From: a virus | Lineage: Duplodnaviria > Caudoviricetes | Virus record (IMG/VR): IMGVR_UViG_3300011624_000001 | Span: 1 to 64,000 of that record | Length of the DNA: 64,000 bases | Direction: 5' to 3' (one strand) | Shown: piece after piece, positions 55,549 to 64,000 of the stretch | How the letters are laid out: each line of letters begins with the position of its first letter | Numbering within the stretch: the first letter of the stretch is position 1 | Made by a program: the position numbers and the translations under genes | The notes under the pieces: model-generated | What the model was told of the DNA's origin: nothing | The model's database searches: none | What the model saw: the letters and a program-made list of their open reading frames with translations, nothing else

Positions 55549-56330
55549 GCCTGTTCGACCAGATCGCCAACAAGGTGTCGGCGGGCATGGCGTCCCGCGT
55601 TCCGTCGCTGGGCTCGATCAGTAGCGGCATCAGCGGCGCACTGGTGGGCAAGTTCGTGCCGAAGAAGCTGCAAGGCAGTGTCAACCGCGCGCTGCGCGGC
55701 GACATTGGCGGGGCCATCGCTGACGGCCTGGGCAATGCCGTAGCGGGCGCAGCAGCGAATAAGCTGGGCAAGCTGCAACTGCTGGGCGGCATTTCGCTCA
55801 GCGAGGCCGAGCGGATCGCCGCCGAGGTGCAATCGACCAACTACGCCAAGAAAAACCTGTGGTATCTGCAAATCGGGGAGTGGGAGACAGAGAGCGGCTA
55901 CGAGGACATCGGGCACGCCTTCAATATGTTCGCCACCGATGTGTCCTACTCGTCCCGCTCGATCACCAGCGAGGGCAAGCCTATCGGCATGGGCGCGATG
56001 GATGCCATTTCCGGTGCCGAGCGCGCCGAGCTGCGCATCACGACCTACGATGACGCGCGCGGCACGATCCGAGGCTGGTTCACGTCCAAGCTCGCCAAGG
56101 TCGCGCACGATGACGGGACGGTGGGCCTGCCGATTGAATACCTCATCAAGATTCTTGTCGGCCAGTCGGCAACGGACGAGCTGGGCGGCACCCTATTCGG
56201 CCAGTTCACGGAAACCTACCTCCTGCGCCCGACATCAATCGAGCATGAGCTGTCTCGCACCGAGGACGGGCTACAGCAAATCCAGATGACGTTTTCCCAG
56301 TTTGACACCTTCATGTACAAGGGCACCTAA
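55545..56330 (+). CDS. Baseplate/tail tube initiator-like protein
   Basis: Tube-fold-like C-terminus; precedes tape measure. Confidence 0.55.
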   Translation: MSLFDQIANKVSAGMASRVPSLGSISSGISGALVGKFVPKKLQGSVNRALRGDIGGAIADGLGNAVAGAAANKLGKLQLLGGISLSEAERIAAEVQSTNYAKKNLWYLQIGEWETESGYEDIGHAFNMFATDVSYSSRSITSEGKPIGMGAMDAISGAERAELRITTYDDARGTIRGWFTSKLAKVAHDDGTVGLPIEYLIKILVGQSATDELGGTLFGQFTETYLLRPTSIEHELSRTEDGLQQIQMTFSQFDTFMYKGT

Positions 56331-58486
56331 TGGCACTCAATTCCGACCGCGACGGGTTCCTGCTGCCGGACCGCAGCCTGCGCGCCGACGACCTCGCGCA
56401 AGGCATCGGCGGCATCAAGCGTAATACCGACGCCATCCTGACGCTGCTGCGCGGCCGCACGCGCCACTTGGAGCGCACCCGCGTCGCGAACCCGAACAGC
56501 CGCCCGCGCGGCCCTGGTAGCCCGCCTGGGCCTGCGCCAGCACCAGCGGCGCGCCAGAGCCGCGACCGCGCCTCTATTCCTGTCCCTGTGGGCGGCGGGT
56601 CGGCTGGCGGCCCACGCCCGCGTGACGGCCGTGGGCGGTTCGTGCGCGACCCTGGCGCAGAGGTGGCCGGTGAGGTGCGCCAGTTGACGCGCCAGCAGGC
56701 GCAGCAGAACGCCGAGCGCGAGCGCGCCGAGGAATCGCGCCGCACCCGCGAAGGCACGGACCAGACGCGCGACTCGCGCGGCCGCTTTGGCGCTGGTGGC
56801 GGGTCGGACGGTGGCGCAGCCGGTTCCGACGACGACAAGGGGCTGCTCGGCCGGATGAGGGAGTTCTTCAAGGATCACAGCGGCGGCCCGGCGCTCGATG
56901 GCGCAGACAAGGTGGACCCGGCCGTGGAGTCGGCCAAAGAGGTGGCGGGCTTGATGTCCGGCGCTGTCGGCGCGGTCAAGGCTACTGGCGAGCTGGGGCG
57001 CGCTGTCGTTGGCCGGGGATTCGGCGGCCGCAGCGGCGACCGCGAAACGCCCTGGTTCAAGCGCCTGCTGCAACAGCTCAAGCTAATGCGCCGGGATGAT
57101 GCGCAATTCCATCGAGCCGAGCTGCGCGCGCTGAACGAGCCGCGAGCGGCTGGCGGCGGCAGCATTATCACCGACTTGCTCAAGCTGGTCTTTAGCCCGC
57201 TAGGGGCGGCTATCGTCGCAGCGCTGGCGGGGGTCTGGATGGGATTCGGTGACAAAATCACCGGAGCGTGGAGCGGCTTCATCGGCAGCATGAAAGCAAA
57301 GTGGGATACGGCAGTAGAGAAATTCCTGGGCATTTGGGAGCCTATTGCCAAATTCTTCGCCGACAAGTTCGGAATCGTTGCCAGCACGGTCGCAGCGGTA
57401 GGCAACAGGGCGAACGAAGCGGTCAAGCAGGCGACCGGTGTGGACGTGAAGAATGCAGCCTCGCGCGCTGCCGACGTGGCCGCGTCCAAGGCCGGTTCCC
57501 TGGCCGAGCGCTTCAACAAGGGATACCGGCACAAGGCCATGTTCGACGGCATCAAAGGCGGCGACGATCTGACCAAGTACGGCCGCTACACCGATGCCGA
57601 GGCTGCGAAAATCCGCCAGCTAAAGTCGAGCGGAGCGAACACCAGCGCCCGCCTGCCGGGCGGCATGAGCAAGCAGACGCGCGACAAGATCATCGCGCAG
57701 TCCAGGGCGGCCGGGGTGGACCCGGAAACCATGCTCAAGTTCGCGGCGATGGAGTCGGGCGGAAACCCGAATGCGGTATCACCCACTGGCGCTATCGGCA
57801 CCTTCCAGATCGTTGGCGGCACCGCGTCCGGGCTGGGCGTGGCCGACCGCTTCAACGAGGACCAGAACATCGCGGGCGGCGTCAAGCTGGCCCAGGCCAA
57901 CGCCAAGTACCTGACCAAGCACAAGCTGCCAGTGACGGCCGAAAACCTCTACATGATGCACATGCTCGGGCCGCAGGCAGCACGCGAGGTCATCGTGGGT
58001 GCGCGCCAGGGCAAGCAGGTAAGCGAGCTGTCGCAGGGCACGCGCGACGCGATAGCGAAGAACCACGGCAGGGGCGCGAAAACGGCGGCAGAGTTCATCG
58101 GCATCAACAAGGGCGCGATGGAGCAGCGCTACGGTGCCGTGGTGCCAGCAGGCGCGGAAACGCAAATCGCGGCAGGCAAGGCAGGCGGCAATCAGGCCGC
58201 TGCGATGCGCGCGGCCAGCGCGCCGGGCAGCGCATCGCCGTCGATGATGCCGACGATGGCAGGGACGGTTCCGGCCGTTGGCGTGCTGTCCGGCTCGCCG
58301 CGCATCGCGACGGTGACAGTCCCAGCGCAAACGCCCCCAGCGCCGCCGCCGCGCGCCGACACGCAGATTCCACTGGGAAGCAAAGCGCCGGTCGAGGTCA
58401 CGGTGCGCAACGGCAGCAAACTGGCCGGGCAGGACGTAAAGGACCGGCGACTGGCGCACATCGCCACCGGGGGAATGTCGGGTTGA
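56330..58486 (+). CDS. Tape measure / lytic transglycosylase (P1 Sit-like)
   Basis: SLT motif MESGGNPNAVSPTGAIGTFQI; helical and hydrophobic middle. Confidence 0.8.
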   Translation: MALNSDRDGFLLPDRSLRADDLAQGIGGIKRNTDAILTLLRGRTRHLERTRVANPNSRPRGPGSPPGPAPAPAARQSRDRASIPVPVGGGSAGGPRPRDGRGRFVRDPGAEVAGEVRQLTRQQAQQNAERERAEESRRTREGTDQTRDSRGRFGAGGGSDGGAAGSDDDKGLLGRMREFFKDHSGGPALDGADKVDPAVESAKEVAGLMSGAVGAVKATGELGRAVVGRGFGGRSGDRETPWFKRLLQQLKLMRRDDAQFHRAELRALNEPRAAGGGSIITDLLKLVFSPLGAAIVAALAGVWMGFGDKITGAWSGFIGSMKAKWDTAVEKFLGIWEPIAKFFADKFGIVASTVAAVGNRANEAVKQATGVDVKNAASRAADVAASKAGSLAERFNKGYRHKAMFDGIKGGDDLTKYGRYTDAEAAKIRQLKSSGANTSARLPGGMSKQTRDKIIAQSRAAGVDPETMLKFAAMESGGNPNAVSPTGAIGTFQIVGGTASGLGVADRFNEDQNIAGGVKLAQANAKYLTKHKLPVTAENLYMMHMLGPQAAREVIVGARQGKQVSELSQGTRDAIAKNHGRGAKTAAEFIGINKGAMEQRYGAVVPAGAETQIAAGKAGGNQAAAMRAASAPGSASPSMMPTMAGTVPAVGVLSGSPRIATVTVPAQTPPAPPPRADTQIPLGSKAPVEVTVRNGSKLAGQDVKDRRLAHIATGGMSG

Positions 58487-58539
58487 CGGGCAGCGGCCGC
58501 GATGCGTGTAGAATCTCGAAAATAATTCACGGAGGAAAT

Positions 58540-58977
58540 ATGCTCAAGCAAATTGTCGTGGCGGCCGCCCTGCTCGCCAGCGCCGCGCCAGCGCTGGCCG
58601 ACTCATGGAACAGCAACAAGAACGTCGAGCGGGCGATGAGTGCCGCCCTGGCGACCTATCGCGAAGCCGGAATAGGTGGGGCGGTGGACGAGTCGCAAAA
58701 CTGCTATGCGGGCCTGGACACCAGCCTGCGCAACAAGAATGCCGGGCGTGACGTGGAGTATTGCATCGCCTACGAGTTCGCGGCGTCGGAAATCGACCGG
58801 CAGATGGTCGCGGCGATGCAGTTCCCGCCGACCGAAAGCCTGGAGCTAGGCATCGTCATGTTGCGCGCCACGGCCGCGCTAGAAAAGGCAGGCGTAGCGC
58901 GCCAGCGAAGTGACTTCGAGGCGTATCTGATCCCGCGCTACAAGAAAATAAAGGACGAGCTGCCCGCGAAAATGTAG
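58540..58977 (+). CDS. Secreted/periplasmic moron protein
   Basis: GGAGG RBS; signal peptide MLKQIVVAAALLASAAPALA; two Cys; own terminator. Confidence 0.75.
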   Translation: MLKQIVVAAALLASAAPALADSWNSNKNVERAMSAALATYREAGIGGAVDESQNCYAGLDTSLRNKNAGRDVEYCIAYEFAASEIDRQMVAAMQFPPTESLELGIVMLRATAALEKAGVARQRSDFEAYLIPRYKKIKDELPAKM

Positions 58978-58994
58978 CCGCCCGAACCCCGGCA

Positions 58995-59022
58995 AGCCCG
59001 TGCGATCGCGCGGGTTTTTTTT
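58995..59022 (+). terminator. Intrinsic terminator
   Basis: AGCCCG..CGGG stem followed by T8. Confidence 0.75.
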
Positions 59023-59034
59023 CGCCTGAGCGGT

Positions 59035-59077
59035 TAGGAAAACCGCGAGAAATGCCCCTGTTGTGGTGCCGCAAAGT
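59035..59077 (+). promoter_or_regulatory. Late-type promoter motif, copy 10
   Basis: TAGGAAAA-N29-CAAAGT(G). Confidence 0.75.
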
Positions 59078-59111
59078 GTGATCTTCAACAATCCATTTTG
59101 ACGGGTGACAC

Positions 59112-59600
59112 ATGACTACTTCGACGGGCGCATATCTGGCGGCCTCCTACGGACAGGTGAAGGCGATGGGCGACAAGTCCGTTTCGTCCGATGCCATGTT
59201 CGTCATCGCAGGCTTCGAGCACCTGCGCCTGCTGTGCAAGCAATTCCCCTGGCCTACCCTCTCGCCGGGCGGTGAAATCGCCATCGCTACCCCGATGGGC
59301 GGCGAGGCGTGGCAACCACAGCAGCTCAAGGTGAACCAGCAGGGCCAAGTCACGTTCTACGAAACCGTGCGCGGCGACGTGGAGCAGTTCATCGAGCAGA
59401 TCACCGCGCAGGGCACCAAGTTCAACGCCGAAGTCTATGAGGGCACGATGGAGCGCCACCATCGCGGCGCGCGCATTGTCGATTGCTTCCTCCAGCTCGA
59501 CAACCCGGATCGCGACTGGGAGAACCGTTCGACGGCCACCACCGTGTCCGGCACGCTGTTCTTCCACTATTTCGGCGAAAAAATTCCCGGCAACATCTAA
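59112..59600 (+). CDS. Tail tube-like protein
   Basis: 162 aa; LLCKQFPWP...GEI...; tube-type beta pattern. Confidence 0.6.
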   Translation: MTTSTGAYLAASYGQVKAMGDKSVSSDAMFVIAGFEHLRLLCKQFPWPTLSPGGEIAIATPMGGEAWQPQQLKVNQQGQVTFYETVRGDVEQFIEQITAQGTKFNAEVYEGTMERHHRGARIVDCFLQLDNPDRDWENRSTATTVSGTLFFHYFGEKIPGNI

Positions 59601-59610
59601 GGGCTGAATC

Positions 59611-59994
59611 GTGACTCTTGGAGAGCTGGCCCTGTCGGTCAACTGGACGTTCGGCCTCATCATTGATGGGGACGAGGTAATCAAGCAGGCATGCGCGGCC
59701 GCACGCCAGTACCTCGCATGGGGTGAAATCGCCAGCATTGGCGCTGATGGCGCTCCTGCGGTCCTGGCCGACGTTGACGCGCATTGCGTCATCACCCCGA
59801 GCGAATGGGGGCTCATCAAGCCCCTGGCGGCCCTGTACGTCGAGCGCGAGAATGCCCGCGCCTTGGAGGCCTCGCGCGGCCAGGGTGTCGATGTGTACGG
59901 CCGCTCGGTATCGGAAATCGAGCAGTCCATCACGCAGTACGAAGTGATGGACCTGCCTCGGCTGGCATTTAGCTGCGCACCGGAGTCGATCTGA
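59611..59994 (+). CDS. Head-tail connector-like protein
   Basis: Helical; context. Confidence 0.45.
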   Translation: MTLGELALSVNWTFGLIIDGDEVIKQACAAARQYLAWGEIASIGADGAPAVLADVDAHCVITPSEWGLIKPLAALYVERENARALEASRGQGVDVYGRSVSEIEQSITQYEVMDLPRLAFSCAPESI

Positions 59995-60242
59995 TGGCGG
60001 GCGGGCTCATCAACTTCGAGATTTCGCAGTTCCCCGGCGAGGTGCGCGAGATGGCGAATGGCAACGAGCGTGACCTTGCTTCGTGCGCTGGTCACGATTT
60101 CCGCGCCCTCAACCAGTTCATCTACAACTCGCATTTCGCCTGCACCCGCTGCCAGGGCGTCGTTGACTACCTGACGGCCCTGCGCTTCGGCGCGCAGATG
60201 ACCGCGCCCTACTACGAGCGCATCGCCCAGGCGGCCGCATGA
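59994..60242 (+). CDS. Small Cys/His protein
   Basis: CAGH...CTRC; coupled both sides. Confidence 0.55.
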   Translation: MAGGLINFEISQFPGEVREMANGNERDLASCAGHDFRALNQFIYNSHFACTRCQGVVDYLTALRFGAQMTAPYYERIAQAAA

Positions 60243-61117
60243 TCGCGATAGAGGGAATCTCGCCCGCGTTCCTGCTGGCGGCCTGCCTGCGCTATGACAT
60301 GGCACCGATCCCGGTGACGTTCGAGGCACAGATTCGCCTGACCAGTGAAACGGCCCAGGTCGTGCAGGACGGCGCGCTGATCCGCGTAAATGAGATCCCG
60401 TTTCGGGTCATCAAGTGCGAGCCGCTGCGCAATGCGGGCGGCAGCGTGCAGGGAGACTTGCCGCTGTCGGCCGTGGCGATCACGGCGTTCCCTGATGCCC
60501 TGGTGGGCGTGGCGCGCAGGCGTCGCGCGGCCGTCATCGGCATGAGCACGTCTTTCTCGACCATCTACCGGGCTTGCGGCGCAACCATCGGCGTTGACGG
60601 GGATATGAACATCGGCCGGTTCGCGTGCTTCAAGGGCGAAGTGCCCACGATGCAGCTCGCGCGGGTGCTGCAAGAGGAATCCGCGGTGCTGGTCTGGAAG
60701 GCTGGCCGGGTCGCCCTGGTGCGCCTGCGCGACCTCATGGCGCAGGAGCCGATTGCCGGGCTGACGGTGACGGCATCGGAAGACGTGCAAAGCGACTTTC
60801 TCGAAGCCGACGAAATCCCGCAGTACGTGTCCACCGGCCCGGACGGTGCATTCCTGCTCGGCGAGCGCCGCAACGAGGCCCAGGCGGTCATGTACGCGCC
60901 ACGAAAGACCTCGCGCGAGCTGGGCCTGATGGGGCGAGTGCTGGTGCGCCGCAAGATCGTCACCGGACACCCGAACCTCGAAGTGCAGGCCGGGGCCGTG
61001 ATCGACGTTCAGGGCATTCCCATGGCCGTCATGACGGCCGTTCACTACATGCAAAACGGGACCGACGGCGGCGACGTGTCCCAGTATTCGCGCTACTGGC
61101 TAGGGAGCTTTAAATGA
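60239..61117 (+). CDS. Baseplate hub-like protein
   Basis: Precedes spike gene; size and pattern. Confidence 0.55.
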   Translation: MIAIEGISPAFLLAACLRYDMAPIPVTFEAQIRLTSETAQVVQDGALIRVNEIPFRVIKCEPLRNAGGSVQGDLPLSAVAITAFPDALVGVARRRRAAVIGMSTSFSTIYRACGATIGVDGDMNIGRFACFKGEVPTMQLARVLQEESAVLVWKAGRVALVRLRDLMAQEPIAGLTVTASEDVQSDFLEADEIPQYVSTGPDGAFLLGERRNEAQAVMYAPRKTSRELGLMGRVLVRRKIVTGHPNLEVQAGAVIDVQGIPMAVMTAVHYMQNGTDGGDVSQYSRYWLGSFK

Positions 61118-61725
61118 TCGGACTGATGCCCGCCGAGGTCGATTCCATCGACCGTGAGAAGCGCATCGCTCGGGTGCGCATACCGGGCCTGACCGACGGC
61201 GCAACGGAGCTGCCCGAGGCGCAGTTCTGCAACCCAGTCGGCGACAAGAGCGAGCACACGGAAATTCGCATCTTGCCGGGCGACCGCGTATGGCTCGCGT
61301 TCGAGGGCGGCGACCCGCGCTATCCCGTCATCGTCGGCTACCGCCCGAAGAATCAGGAAAACGGCGTCGATTGGCGGCGCTTCCATCACGCAAACTTCCA
61401 GTTCGATGCCGATGACCAATTCATCATCAATGCGAAAACCGTCACGGTCAACGCGGAGAAGGTCGTCGTCAATGCCAAGCAGATCGAGGCCAACGCGAGC
61501 GAAAAGGCGACTGTCGTATCCCCGGAGGTGCTGATTGACTCGCCCGATTCCAAGTTCACTGGGAAGGTGGAGGTGGCCGGGGCTTTCACCTACAAGGCGG
61601 GCATGACGGGCACAGGCGGCGCGGACATTGGCGGGTCCATGAAGAACAACGGCGTGAACATCGGCAGCACGCACACGCACGGCGGTGTCGCCACCGGCAG
61701 CGGCAAGACCGGCAACCCATCATAA
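61114..61725 (+). CDS. Baseplate spike (gpV/gp5-like)
   Basis: A.V..ID....ARVRIPG, PGDRVW.AFEGGD.RYP.I.G, C-terminal HTH (His-x-His) metal site. Confidence 0.85.
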   Translation: MIGLMPAEVDSIDREKRIARVRIPGLTDGATELPEAQFCNPVGDKSEHTEIRILPGDRVWLAFEGGDPRYPVIVGYRPKNQENGVDWRRFHHANFQFDADDQFIINAKTVTVNAEKVVVNAKQIEANASEKATVVSPEVLIDSPDSKFTGKVEVAGAFTYKAGMTGTGGADIGGSMKNNGVNIGSTHTHGGVATGSGKTGNPS

Positions 61726-61735
61726 ATACAGGCAC

Positions 61736-62215
61736 ATGAAAACACTGATTTTCGATTTCTTCAAAGCGTCCGACAAGGACAAGTCCATCGCCAAGGCGAA
61801 GCGCTATTTCGAGCAGGCCGGGGCAAGCGTCACATCGGTTGACGTGGACGCCAAGGTCAAGCGCGTGGCAGGCGTGTCGTTCCGCGACGTGCATTTCGGC
61901 TTCGCGGACAGCCAAACCATCAGCTTCGGCGTCAAGGAAACCGGCGACGTGTATCAGGTCAAGGTCAATGGCCGCCTGACGCCACTCAAGCATCAGGACG
62001 ACCACCTCAAGGCTATCGGCGAGCTGGTCGCGGCGATGGCAAAGGGCCGCGTCAAGTTCCAGTTGGCGCTGGCAAAGGTCAAGGTCGAGCTGCCCAAGTC
62101 GATCCGCACCGCCGCGCCAAAGATGGAAGTGGCGCTGCGCGAGCAAATCGCGGCCGTCGATGAGGCTATCGGCGTGGCCCAAGAACGCCTTGCTGCGCTC
62201 CAGCCGACCAGTTAG
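61736..62215 (+). CDS. hdf: Hdf-like (DarA N-terminal domain) head protein
   Basis: KRVAGVSF....F.FADSQT.....TGDVYQVKVNG: DarA-N-like. Confidence 0.65.
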   Translation: MKTLIFDFFKASDKDKSIAKAKRYFEQAGASVTSVDVDAKVKRVAGVSFRDVHFGFADSQTISFGVKETGDVYQVKVNGRLTPLKHQDDHLKAIGELVAAMAKGRVKFQLALAKVKVELPKSIRTAAPKMEVALREQIAAVDEAIGVAQERLAALQPTS

Positions 62216-62255
62216 GAAAACTCGCGACGGCCGCCCCTTGCGGCCGCTTGAAAAT
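62213..62255 (+). promoter_or_regulatory. Late-type promoter motif, copy 11
   Basis: TAGGAAAA-N29-GAAAAT(G); TAG is the upstream stop. Confidence 0.8.
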
Positions 62256-62333
62256 GAAGTCTCTGCATGTGCGGGGTTCCGCGCATCGGTTTTTGTAGTG
62301 AATCACATTCCAATTTCTTTATAGGGCAACACC

Positions 62334-63968
62334 ATGAGCGGAACTACCCCGAAGTACACCCCGCAGGATGCGAGCGAGCTGCAATCGTTCGTCGCCAGCG
62401 CAACCCAAAACGACGGCAAGTCGGGCGCGATGTTCGACTCGGCCGCCGCCAGCGAAACCGCATTCGACTCGATCAAGAGCGAATCGGGCGGCGCACCGGC
62501 CATCGTTACCGAGCTGCTGGGCAAGGCCACCAGCGACGATGAAAAGAAAATCGTCAAGGCCATCTTCGACGGCGCGCAGGCATACAACCGCGAACACGGC
62601 TTCATGCCGAGCGGCGACGTGCTGCTGTCGGCCGTGCATCAGGCCATGGGCGTCTACGACTCGGTGAACAACGGCCACCACAACCAGATTTCGGTATTCC
62701 CGAACGCGCCAATCGTCGCCATCATGGGCGCGATGGCCGAAGCGACCCCGTTTGCTGGCTACCTGCCAGCCGACAAGGGCTCGAACGAAGCACGCCTCAT
62801 CATCGTGAACCACACCGCTGGCTCGAACTGGGGCGACTACAAGACCGACGACATCATGGACGGCGTGGCCGCTGGTGGCGACTACATCAGCTCGTCGCGC
62901 ACCAAAGAGCTGGCCGCACCGAACGACACCGCGAACTACAAGTTCAACTTCGTCGCCAACAAGGACGGCGGCCCTGCCTTGAACCTGCTGCGCGGCCGTA
63001 CCCTGGTCTACGTCAACGGCCTGCCAGCCATCACCGAAACCCCGAACGGTTCGAGCGGCGCGGCCAGCGTGCCGATCAGCGGCTTCATCACCCTGGGCGG
63101 CACCGAATACGCGCTGTCGGGCGTCGTCAAGCCTGCGAGCGGCGAAGTGATCGTCACCCCAACCCCCGCCCTGCCGGTCGGCTCCGTCGTGGCGGTCGAA
63201 GTGTTCGTCGATTACGAAAAAGACCCGAGCGTCACCCCGCGCATGGCCGTCCAGGCGCGCAGCTACGCCCTGTTCGCCAGCCCGTACCGCGCCGTGTACC
63301 AGATCACGCCGGAAGCGCGCTCGCAGTTCGCCAACGAAGTCGGCGTCGATGCTGGTGCCGAAGCGATGCTGGCCGTGCGCGGCCAGTACGCCCTGGAGCG
63401 CCACTACAACGCGATCCGCAAGGCCAAGATGATCGGCAAGTACGGCAACAGCGTGCCTTTCGACTTCGGCTACGCGGACCAGATTCTGCAAAAGACCATC
63501 CCGCAAATCTGGCAGAACTTCCAGTCGGTCCTGGGCGCCGTTTCGCAGCAGATGTCGGAAGACACCGCCGACCACGGCGTCACGCACCTGTACGTGACCA
63601 AGACCGTGCTGGCGATGTTCCAGTCGCTGCCGCGCGAGCTGTGGGAGCCGTCGGGCATCGTCGCCCGTCCTGGCATCTACCGCGCCGGTCGCCTGTTCGG
63701 CATGTACGAGGTGTACTACACCCCGAAAGGCCTGAACGAATCGGCTGGCGGCGAGACTGCCGAAATCCTGTGCGTCGGCCGCTCGACCCAAACCGCGCGC
63801 TGCCCGATCATCTTCGGCGACGCATCGGCACCTGTGTTCGAGGCGCTGGGCCTGGGCACCGACCAGCTCTCGGGCTATGCCTTCAATGCGCGTTCGTTCA
63901 CCACCGCGAACCCGCACCTGATGTCGGCCAAGGGCTGCGCGCTCATCACCGTGTCGAACCTCAAGTAA
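62334..63968 (+). CDS. Major capsid protein (P1 gp23-like)
   Basis: 544 aa, strongly biased codon usage, propeptide-like N-terminus, own late promoter. Confidence 0.75.
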   Translation: MSGTTPKYTPQDASELQSFVASATQNDGKSGAMFDSAAASETAFDSIKSESGGAPAIVTELLGKATSDDEKKIVKAIFDGAQAYNREHGFMPSGDVLLSAVHQAMGVYDSVNNGHHNQISVFPNAPIVAIMGAMAEATPFAGYLPADKGSNEARLIIVNHTAGSNWGDYKTDDIMDGVAAGGDYISSSRTKELAAPNDTANYKFNFVANKDGGPALNLLRGRTLVYVNGLPAITETPNGSSGAASVPISGFITLGGTEYALSGVVKPASGEVIVTPTPALPVGSVVAVEVFVDYEKDPSVTPRMAVQARSYALFASPYRAVYQITPEARSQFANEVGVDAGAEAMLAVRGQYALERHYNAIRKAKMIGKYGNSVPFDFGYADQILQKTIPQIWQNFQSVLGAVSQQMSEDTADHGVTHLYVTKTVLAMFQSLPRELWEPSGIVARPGIYRAGRLFGMYEVYYTPKGLNESAGGETAEILCVGRSTQTARCPIIFGDASAPVFEALGLGTDQLSGYAFNARSFTTANPHLMSAKGCALITVSNLK

Positions 63969-64000
63969 TTCGGCCTCGATAACATAACCAAGGACGGCAA

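Larger units (their letters stand above)
1..64000. mobile_element. P1-like myophage / probable phage-plasmid (partial genome)
   Basis: Terminase, portal, protease, capsid, baseplate, tape measure, DarA/DarB/Hdf-like genes; no host core genes; dif-like site and resolvase. Confidence 0.9.

Noticed and set aside
58483-58514. Canonical TTGACG/TAGAAT promoter for the moron
   Set aside because: Spacer is 20 nt and lacks the operator, so it was not listed as a feature

Overview
The whole 64 kb window is part of a high-GC (~66%), P1-like contractile-tailed phage, probably a phage-plasmid of a betaproteobacterial-type host (host is inferred only). No host housekeeping genes, rRNA, tRNA or CRISPR array were found. 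Late structural modules on the + strand are: terminase, baseplate, prohead protease, four paralogous receptor-binding proteins, a DarA/DarB-type virion-injected anti-restriction cluster, portal, tape measure/transglycosylase, tube, hub, spike, Hdf-like protein and major capsid protein. They alternate with mostly - strand early operons of small accessory genes, which include a serine recombinase, dUTPase, DUF1643-like, stand-alone ligase Ia domain and zinc-knuckle proteins. The non-coding DNA carries four readable codes. (1) 11 copies of a late-type promoter, GGAAAA-N30-AnnnT(G), with invariant spacing. (2) 6 copies of a sigma70 promoter with a fixed TTATGAGCGCA operator in the spacer. (3) One XerCD dif-like site. 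(4) Two inverted, homologous ~110-bp arrays of resolvase-type half-sites that bracket the 5.6-kb segment containing the serine recombinase. The best candidates for an undescribed system are that recombinase cassette, the four-cassette receptor-binding array, and the expanded Dar-like cargo set with shared putative packaging tags. Family names come from motif recognition and synteny with P1; no database search was run.
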